Of a stretch of DNA of 64,000 nt, positions 54,693 through 64,000 are shown piece after piece. Source of the stretch: an uncultured Gemmatimonadaceae bacterium (GTDB taxonomy: Bacteria; Gemmatimonadota; Gemmatimonadetes; Gemmatimonadales; Gemmatimonadaceae); contig CAWJMB010000002.1 in NCBI GenBank assembly GCA_963843845.1, positions 416,001 through 480,000 of the forward strand, read 5' to 3'. Numbering within the stretch: the first letter of the stretch is position 1; every line of letters starts with the position of its first letter. A program made the translations under genes and the position numbers. The notes below the pieces were generated by a model. That model worked only from the letters and a program-made list of their open reading frames with translations. It was not told where the DNA came from and made no database searches.

Positions 54693-55676
54693 TCAGAAGA
54701 CGGCGTGTTCGCCGCGATCCGCCGAGCCCTCGCCGGCGATCAGCGATCGATAGTGTTCGGTCAGGGTCTCGACGCCGACCGACGGTGTCGCGTCGGCATC
54801 GTAGCGCCGTGCCTGCTCGTTCCACACGAGCATCGACTCGGTCGCATAGTAGCGTCCGATGCGCGCCAGCTCGGCCTTCACCGCGAGCGACGGGAGCACG
54901 CGACCGATGGTGCCCAACGTCGCGGCGACGGTATCGAGCAGCCGCACCGGCACGTGCGTGAAGCGCGGCGCCCTGCCGAGCAGCGCGAACAGCAGCTCGC
55001 CCTGCGCGCGCGGCGTGATCGCGTCGCCCGGACCGCCGATCGGCAGCACGCGATCCCACCGAGACGGCTCGTCGAGACAGTCCGCGAGGTAGTCGGCCAC
55101 GTCGTCGTCGGCGATCGGCTTGCACGCCGTGAGCGTGCCGTCGCCGAAGACGAGGAACGGCCGGCCGCGCCGCACGCGTTCGACCTGCCCGGAGAGCGAC
55201 TTGAAGAACGCCGTGGGACGGACGATCGAGTAGCGCAGCCCCGACGCGATCAGGCGCGCCTCGAACGCGAGCTTCGCGTGCTGAAAGGCGAGCCGCGGCC
55301 GCTGCACGCAGATCGCCGAGAGCAGCACGACGTGAGACACGCCCGCCTGTCGCGCTGCGTCGAGCAGGTGCACGTGCGCCTGGTAGTCGACCGCCCACGC
55401 GTCGCTCGGTGCTCCGGTGCGCGACGCCATGCACGACACGACGGCGTCGAAGCGTTCGCCGGCGAAGCCATCGCGAGCGATCGACGCCGGGTCGCCGACG
55501 TCCCCGGTGCGCACGACGACCGACTCGGCGGGCGCGGCGGCGGGCGCGGCGGCGGGCGCGGGGCGCGGACGCACGAAGCACACGACGTCGTGCCCGCGTC
55601 GCACGAGGGCGCGGACCGTCGCGCGGCCGATCGTGCCGGTCGCGCCGGTGACGAGCACGCGCATCCGCGTGGTCAC
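54693..55676 (-). CDS. bciA: Divinyl (proto)chlorophyllide 8-vinyl reductase, NADPH-dependent (BciA/DVR-like)
   Basis: GATGTIG; VVSCMASRTG...DAWAVDYQA; LLSAICVQRP..AFQHAKLAFE; YSIVRPTAFFKSLSGQ; ACKPI; LPIGGPG; IGRYYATESML. Confidence 0.88.
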   Translation of the reverse strand: MTTRMRVLVTGATGTIGRATVRALVRRGHDVVCFVRPRPAPAAAPAAAPAESVVVRTGDVGDPASIARDGFAGERFDAVVSCMASRTGAPSDAWAVDYQAHVHLLDAARQAGVSHVVLLSAICVQRPRLAFQHAKLAFEARLIASGLRYSIVRPTAFFKSLSGQVERVRRGRPFLVFGDGTLTACKPIADDDVADYLADCLDEPSRWDRVLPIGGPGDAITPRAQGELLFALLGRAPRFTHVPVRLLDTVAATLGTIGRVLPSLAVKAELARIGRYYATESMLVWNEQARRYDADATPSVGVETLTEHYRSLIAGEGSADRGEHAVF

Positions 55677-55737
55677 GCCCCGGTTCGCCGCCCGGCCGCG
55701 GCTGCCGACGAGCGGTCGCTCGCGGATCGCGCCGCGC

Positions 55738-58700
55738 TCACCGAGCGACCTCGGCGATCCCGCGCGCCCGGAGCGCCGCGTTCAACGCGGAGAGCCGTGC
55801 GGTGTGCAGCGCCTCCCACCGCGCGACGAGCGCCGCGAAGTCCGCGCGCGCCGTGCGCACGGCGGCCGTCGCCTGCGTCGTCGGCGGGTCGTCGGTGTCC
55901 TCGACGAGCGTGAGCAGCGACCCCAGGTCGCCACGGATCGACGCGAGCGTCGGCGCGGCCGGTGCACCGCCGCCGCGCCGCGCGCCGCCCGCCTGCCCGA
56001 CGATCTCGACGAGCGCGCGCTCGAAGGCGCCGATCCGCGCGAGGAGTGCCGAGTCGCGCGTCGCCTCGCGCGCGGTGGCGAGCCCCGCGCGCAGCCGAGC
56101 CGCCCGCGCCGTGATCGCCGAGTCGCGGGCGAGCGCGTCGTAGAGCGCGAGCGACGTCGCGTGCATGGAGGCGAGCGTTGCAGCCGACGTGCGCACGCGC
56201 GGGTCCATGCGCACGACGAGCGGCTGCGTGTACGTGCGACCACCGACCCTCAGGCGCACCGTGTAGCGCCCCGGCGCGACGACCGGACCCCGCGGCTCCC
56301 TCGGCGTGTCGCCGGGGGTCGCGGAGATCGGGTACTGGCCGGACTGCGCGCTCGTGCCGGCCGGCGGCGGGTAGTGCAGGTCCCAGACGAAGCGGTGAAA
56401 GCCGGGCGCGGCGGAGAGCACCTGCGTCGGCCGGATCCAGTAGCGCGGCGTGTTCCCGATGTCGGCGGGCGCCATCGCCGTGTCGCGGCTCGTGAACGTG
56501 CGCACGACGCGTCCGTTCGGCGCGAGCATCTCGAGTGTCGCGTCGCCGGAGACGCCATCGCCGAGGAAGTAGTCGATGAGCGCGCCGTCGGGCGGGTTCG
56601 GCGCCCACGGCTCGTCAGGCGGGATCGGCGTGTCCGGGTACTTGCTGAAGCGGAAGCGCCACGTGAGCCCCGGCGCGAACAGCGTCGCCGCGGACGAGGC
56701 GGTCAGGGGCCCGATCTGTCGCAGCGCGGCGATGCCGTCGAGCACGTAGAACGAGCGGCCGTGGGTGCCGACGACGAGGTCGTCGTCCTTGATGACGAGG
56801 TCGCGGATCGACGTCGCCGGCATGTTCAGCCGCAGCGACGACCAGTGGTCGCCGTCGTCGAACGAGACCCACACCTGGTCTTCGGTGCCGGCGTAGAGCA
56901 GCCCGCGCCGCTTCGGGTCCTCGCGCACGACGTTCACGACCTCGCCGTCCGGGATGCCGTTCGTGATGTGCGTCCACGTGCGCCCGCCGTCGTGCGTGCG
57001 GTAGATGTGAGGCCGCAGCTCGTCGAGGCGGAGCGTGTTGATCGCGGCGTACGCCGTGCCCGCGTCGAAGTGGCCGGCGTCCATGATCGACACCTTGCTC
57101 CACGGCCTGGCCCGCAGCTCGGCCGGCGTGACGTCGGTCCAGTGCGTGCCGCCGTCGACCGTCGTCTGGATCAGCCCGTCGTCCGTCCCGGCCCAGATGC
57201 GGTTCGCCGTGACGTGCGACGGGGCGATCGTGTAGACGACGCCCGGATGGCGGGCGCGCGCGCTCGCCGTGCTGGCATAGATGCCGACGTTGGGCGGAAC
57301 GATCGGAATCGGTCCGCGTCAGATCGGGGCTGATCCGCGTCCACGTGTCGCCGCCGGTCGTCGTCTTCCACACGACGTTCTCGCCGAAGTAGAGCGCCTT
57401 CGGATCGACCGTCGAGAAGACGAGCGGCGCCGTGCGCAGCGCGCGGTAGCGCGGGTCACGCAGGGCGTGGGGACCGACCTGCTGCACGAGCCCCGTGCGC
57501 CGGTCGTAGCGCGTGACCTTGCCGCCGTAGACCAGGTTCGGGTTCAGCGGGTCGGGCGCGACGTAGCCATACTCCTCGACGCCGACCGGGTGCCAGTCCC
57601 AGTCCATGATGCGCCCGTCGTCGCCGCGACTCCGCACACAGGCGGAGCCGGACTCCTGCTGGCCGCTGCAGACGCGGTAGGGGAAGTCGAAGTCGGTCGC
57701 GACGTGGTAGAACGCTGCCGTCGGCTGGTTGAGCCACGAGCTCCACGTCTCGCCGCCGTTGACGGTGATCACCGCCCCCTGGTCGCTCGCGAGCAGCATC
57801 GTCCGCGGGTTGGTCGGGTTGATCCAGAAGCGGTGGTAGTCGTCGCCGCCGGGCGCGCCGCGGAACGCGCTGAACGTCTTTCCCCCGTCGACCGACTTCC
57901 ACGCGACGACGCTCGCCGTGTAGACGATGTCCGGGTCGTCGGGTCGACCTTCACCTCGGCGAAGTCGGACTCGCGGGTCGACACGCGGGTGTCGGTCGTC
58001 GCGCGGTACCAGTGCGCGCCGCCGTCGTCCGAGCGGAACAGCCCGTCGCCGCGCGTCGAGTTCACGGTCGCGAACATGCGGCTCGGGAGCGACGGCGCGA
58101 AGGTGAGACCGATGCGCCCGAGGCCGTCCTGCTCGAACGTCGGCAGCCCGTCGCCGTACGGCCGCCACGTCGTGCCGCCGTCGGTCGAGCGATAGAGCCC
58201 GCTGCCGGGGCCGTTGAACACGCCGTTCTCCCACGGTCCCTGCCGCGACTCCCACAGCGCGCAGAACAGGATGTCGGGATTCGTCGGGTGCATCACGACG
58301 TCGATCGCGCCGGTGTTCTCGTCGCGATACAGCACCTTCTGGAACGAGCGCCCGCCGTCGGTCGATCGGAACAGCCCGCGCTCGGCGTTCGGTCCGTACG
58401 GGTGGCCCATGACGGCGACGAACAGGCGGTTCGGGTCGCGCGGGTCGACGACCATCTGCGGGATCTGCTGCCCGTCGCGAAGGCCGAGGTGCGTCCACGT
58501 CGCGCCGGCGTCGGTCGACTTGTAGATCCCGTCGCCGGTCGAGAGGTCGGGGCGCTGCAGCCCCTCGCCGCTGCCGACGTAGATGACGTTCGGGTCGGAC
58601 GGCGCGATCGCGATGGCGCCGATCGAGCCGGTCGGCTGGTCGTCGAAGATCGGCTTCCACGTGCGTCCGTAATCGGTCGTCTTCCACACCCCGCCGTCGA

Positions 58701-58890
58701 CGGCGCCGATGTAGAACACGTTCGGCTGGTCGGGGATGCCGACGGCGGCTTTCGTGCGGCTGGCGCGGAACGGGCCGATCATGCGCCAGCGCAGCTCCGA
58801 GTACATGCGCGGCGCGATCGCCTGGGCGTGGAGGGCCGGCGTGACCGTTAGGCAGCCGAGCAGGACGTACGCGAGGCGGCGGAGCGACAT
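55738..58890 (-). CDS. VPS10/BNR-repeat glycosyl hydrolase-like protein 2 (frameshifted)
   Basis: LRWRMIGPFRASR; Asp-boxes; GAPGGDDYH; GTHGRSF. Confidence 0.9.
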
Positions 58891-59002
58891 GGGCGTTTCA
58901 CGAGGAGAGGGGCGCATGCAGCTAAAATGGCACGATGCTCGGAATCAACCGACGACTCCCGACGTTCGCTCGCGTTACACTTCTCGCTCCCTCCTCCGGA
59001 GA

Positions 59003-62000
59003 ATGCCTGCCGTGCGCATGACGCTCGTGTGCTCCCTCCTCGCGCTCACCGCGATGCGCGCCGTCGCGCAGGCGCCCGTCGACCCCGCGTCGGGGATGCG
59101 CTGGCGCGAGATCGGTCCCACGCGCGCCGGCCGCGCCCGCGCCATCGCCGGTGTGCCGACGCAGCCGAACACGTTCTACGCCGGCTTCGACAACGGCGGC
59201 GTGTGGCGGTCGACCGACTTCGGCTCGAACTGGGTGCCGCTGTTCGACGACCAGTCGACCGGGTCGATCGGCGCCATCGCCGTGGCGCCGTCCGACCCGA
59301 ACGTCATCTACGTCGGCACCGGAGCGGGGATCATCCGCCCCGACCTCGCGACGGGCGACGGCGTCTACAAGTCGACCGACGCCGGCCGCACCTGGACGAA
59401 GCTCGGACTCGGCGACACGCAGATGATCGCGATGATCGACGTCGACCCGCGCGACCCGAACCGGCTGTTCGTCGCGGCGTTGGGCCACCCGTACGGGCCG
59501 AACGCGGAGCGCGGCATCTTCCGGTCGACCGACGGCGGGCGCTCGTTCCAGAAGGTGCTGTACAAGGACGAGTACACGAGCGGCAACGACGTCCGCATCG
59601 ACCCGCGCGACCCGAACACGATCTACGCCACGCTCTGGCAGCAGCAGCAGAGCTTCATCGAGGGGCAGGGATTCGGCGGCGCCGGCAACGGCATCTTCAA
59701 GTCGACCGACGGCGGCACCACGTGGAAGCAGTTGACCGAGGGGCTGCCGGCGGTCATCCAGGCGAACATCGCGCTCGCCACGAACCGGCCGGGAGTGCTC
59801 TACGCGACCGTCGCCGGCGCGACGACGACGAACGCGGTGACCGGCCAGGTCGGCTTCTACACGACGCGCGATGGCGGCGAGCACTGGACGAAGGTCGGCG
59901 ACGACCCGCGTCCGGTCGCGCGCATCGGCGGTGGCGACCTCCCGACGCTCGCCGTCGACCCGACCGACGCGCGCGTCGTCTACAGTGCGTCGGTCGTCAT
60001 GTGGCGCACCGAGAACGGCGGCGAGACGTGGAGCGCGGTGCGCGGCGCTCCCGGCGGCGACGACTATCAGAAGATCTGGATCAACCCGACCGATCCGAAG
60101 ATCCTCTTCTCCGTCACCGATCAGGGCGCGGTCGTCTCGGCCAATCGCGGCGAGTCGTGGAGCGACTGGTACAACCAGTTGACGGCGGCGATGTACCACG
60201 TGTCGACCGACGATGCGTTCCCCTATCGCGTCTGTAGCGGCCAGCAGGACTCGGGATCGGCGTGCGTCGACAGTCGCTCGTTCGACGGGCAGCTCACGTT
60301 CCGCGACTGGCGCCCGGTGAACATCCAGGAGTACGGCATCGCCGCCTCCGACCCGTTCGACCCGGACGTCGTGTTCGGCAGTCAGCGCTCGAACGTCACG
60401 CGCTACGACCGCCGCACCGGCCAGAGCAGCCTCGTGGGGCCGGGCGCGCACCAGCGCGGGACGCAGTACGGTCGGAACGTGCGGACGATGCCGCTCGCGT
60501 TCTCGCCGGTCGACCACAGAACGCTCTACTACACGTCGAACGTCGTGTGGAAGAGTGTCGACAAGGGAACGAGCTGGACGCGCATCAGCCCCGACCTCGC
60601 GCGGGCGACGTGGGCGGTGCCCGCCAACGCCGGGAAGTACGCGAGCACCGTGACGCCGGCGCCGGCCGGCAGCATCACCGCGCTGTCGCCGTCGCCGAGG
60701 CGGCTGCAGGTGCTGTGGGCCGGGACGGACGACGGCAACGTGCAGGTGACGACGAACGGCGGCGCGAGCTGGCGGAACGTGACGCCGACGGGCGTCCGGC
60801 CGTGGACGCGCATCTTCAACATCGACGCCGGGCACTTCGACACACGCACGGCCTACGTCGCGGCGAACACGATGCGCCTCGACGACATGAATCCGCACTT
60901 CTACCGCACGCATGACGGCGGCGCGACGTGGACGGAGATCAACACGGGGATCGCGCCGGGCGCGGTCGCGAACGCCATCCGCGAAGACCCGCGCGTGCCG
61001 GGGCTGCTCTACGCGTCGACCGACACGCAGGTGTGGGTGTCGTACGACGACGGCGCGCACTGGGAGTCGCTGCGCCGCAACATGCCGGCGATCTCGGTGC
61101 GCGACCTGCAGGTCAAGGACGACAGCACGTGTCTGTGCGCCGACCTCGTCGCCGCGACGCACGGCCGCGGGTTCTGGATCCTCGACGACGTGACGCCGCT
61201 GCGCGAGGCGGCTGCGACTGCGGGCGGCGCGCGGGCCGGTGCTCGTGAAGCCGATGACGGCGGTGCGCGTGCGCTTCGCGACGAACGACCCGACGCCGCT
61301 GGCCCGCGAGGTGCCGGCCGGGGAGAACCCGCCGCCGGGCGGCATCATCGACTTCTATCTGCCGACGGCGGCGTCGAGCCCGGTCACGCTGGAGATTCTC
61401 GATGCGCGCGGCACGGTCGTGCGCACGTACTCGAGCGCGGACATCCTCCCCGACCCCGACCCGGCGCGCGACCCGGTCGCCTACGACCGCATCTGTCAGC
61501 GCACCCCGACGGCCCCCGACTGTGGCCTGCCACTGTACTGGCCGGCGCCGCGCATGGCGCTCACGGTGCAGGCGGGGATGCACCGCGTCTTCTGGGACCT
61601 GCGCCTCGACCCGGTCTCGGCGGCCGACGTGCCGCAGGGCAGCGACGACGACGCGACGGGCGCGGTCCCGCACCGCACGTACGCGACGGTCTACGCGCCG
61701 TGGGCGCCGCCGGGACGGTACACCGTGCGCCTCACGGTGGACGGGGAGCGTGTGACGCAGCCGCTCACGCTCAGGCTCGACCCGCGCGTGAAGACGTCGC
61801 CGGCCGCGCTCGCGCGGCTCGCCACACTCACCCGCTCGCTCTACGACGACGCGGTGGCGGCCCATCGAGCGGCGGCGCAGGCGCGCAGCCTCGTGGCCCA
61901 GCTCGACTCGTTGGGCGGCACCACGCTGGCAGTCGTCGGGCTCCGCGCGCAGATCGACTCGCTCGCGTCGACCGCGCCGGTGGCGGGCGGGCGCCGCCGT

Positions 62001-62252
62001 CGGTCCGGGCCGGGCGGTGCCGCCCCGGCGCCGACGCTCGAGAGCGCGAGCGGCGCGCTCGTCGCGGCCGCGATGGCCATGCAGAACGCGGACGTCGCGC
62101 CGACCGCCGACCAGGTGGCCGCGGCCGAGGCGGCGCGGGCGCAGTACCGCGCGGTGTGGGCGCGGTGGAGCACGCTCCGGACGACGGGGCTCGCGGCGCT
62201 GAACGGGCGGCGCAGGGCGGCCGGGCTCCCGCCGGTCGTGGTGCCGGAGTAA
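59003..62252 (+). CDS. VPS10/BNR-repeat glycosyl hydrolase-like protein 3 (frameshift near 61220)
   Basis: MRWREIGPTRAGR; Asp-boxes; GAPGGDDYQ; ATHGRGFW. Confidence 0.9.
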
Positions 62253-62254
62253 GG

Positions 62255-62282
62255 GGCGACGCGCGGACGGGCGCGCGTCGCC
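62255..62282. terminator. Hairpin between convergent genes
   Basis: GGCGACGCGCG-GACGGG-CGCGCGTCGCC. Confidence 0.5.
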
Positions 62283-62306
62283 ACGTGATGCTGATCGCGC
62301 GACCCG

Positions 62307-63392
<1,086 letters not shown>

Positions 63393-63398
63393 CTCAGC

Positions 63399-63740
63399 TC
63401 ACATCCCGAGCGCGTCGACGCGGTTGCGCATCTGCAGCCCGTGCACGAGCGACGCGCCGCCGCGGATCGCGCAGGCGACGTGCACCGCCTCGGTCATCTG
63501 CTCGGAGTCGCACCCCTTCGCGAGCGCGTCCTGCGAGTAGGCGTCGATGCAGTACGGACACTGAATGGCGTGCGCGACGCCGAGGGCGATGAGCGACTTC
63601 TCGCGCTCCGACAGCGCGCCCTCGGCGAACACGGCGGCGTAATACGCGAAGAACTTCTTCGCGAGCTCGGGCGCCTCGGTGCCGATCTCCGGGAAGCGCG
63701 CGAGATCGGCGGCGTTGTAGTAGTGCTGATGGGTGGACAC
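63399..63740 (-). CDS. AhpD/CMD-like protein associated with arsS
   Basis: GALSEREKSLIALGVAHAIQCPYCIDAY...AIRGGASLVHG. Confidence 0.88.
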   Translation of the reverse strand: MSTHQHYYNAADLARFPEIGTEAPELAKKFFAYYAAVFAEGALSEREKSLIALGVAHAIQCPYCIDAYSQDALAKGCDSEQMTEAVHVACAIRGGASLVHGLQMRNRVDALGM

Positions 63741-63850
63741 GAGCTAACGTGTTCGGGTGGACTGGTGCTCGACGCGGCGCATCCGATGCGCGAGTGCGCG
63801 CGTACCTCGTGAGCGTACGTCACGAGAAACCGAACGGATGGGAGCACGCA

Positions 63851-64000
63851 GTGATCGGCATCGTCGGCGGAACGGGGTTCTACGCGTTGGACGGGCTCGC
63901 GGTGCGCGAGACGCGCGACGATGCCACGCCGTTCGGTCCGCCGTCGGCGCCGGTGACGGTCGGCGAGTGGAACGGCGTGCCCGTCGCCTTCATGGCCCGC
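63851..64000 (+). CDS. mtnP: Methylthioadenosine phosphorylase-family protein, N-terminus (partial)
   Basis: IGIVGGTGFY...TPFGPPS...VAFMAR; GGAG RBS. Confidence 0.75.
   Translation, partial: MIGIVGGTGFYALDGLAVRETRDDATPFGPPSAPVTVGEWNGVPVAFMAR

Overview
Very GC-rich bacterial chromosome segment. The gene content (SusC/SusD pairs in high-GC DNA, VPS10/BNR hydrolases, a DUF305-LVIVD pair) suggests Gemmatimonadota; this is inference only. Several blocks carry single-base indels that split conserved genes, most likely long-read assembly errors. Contents left to right: LysR/MFS pair; PyrE-like PRTase; UvrA paralog 1; Ntn acylase; family-B DNA polymerase; ECF-like sigma and anti-sigma; SGNH hydrolase; MATE; UvrA paralog 2; two convergent SusC/SusD loci; an integron cassette array with no intI in the window (about 35.6-40.6 kb) holding four toxin-antitoxin cassettes, an IS5-family element inserted inside one attC and an IS110 remnant; secreted hydrolases (MBL fold, creatininase-like, GH9, three VPS10/BNR proteins); a TonB receptor-LVIVD-DUF305 cluster; a stand-alone bciA-like 8-vinyl reductase; and arsS with its AhpD-like partner next to mtnP. 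The heptamer GTTAGGC/GTTGGGC also recurs strikingly inside genes. All family calls come from motif recognition by eye, not from database searches.
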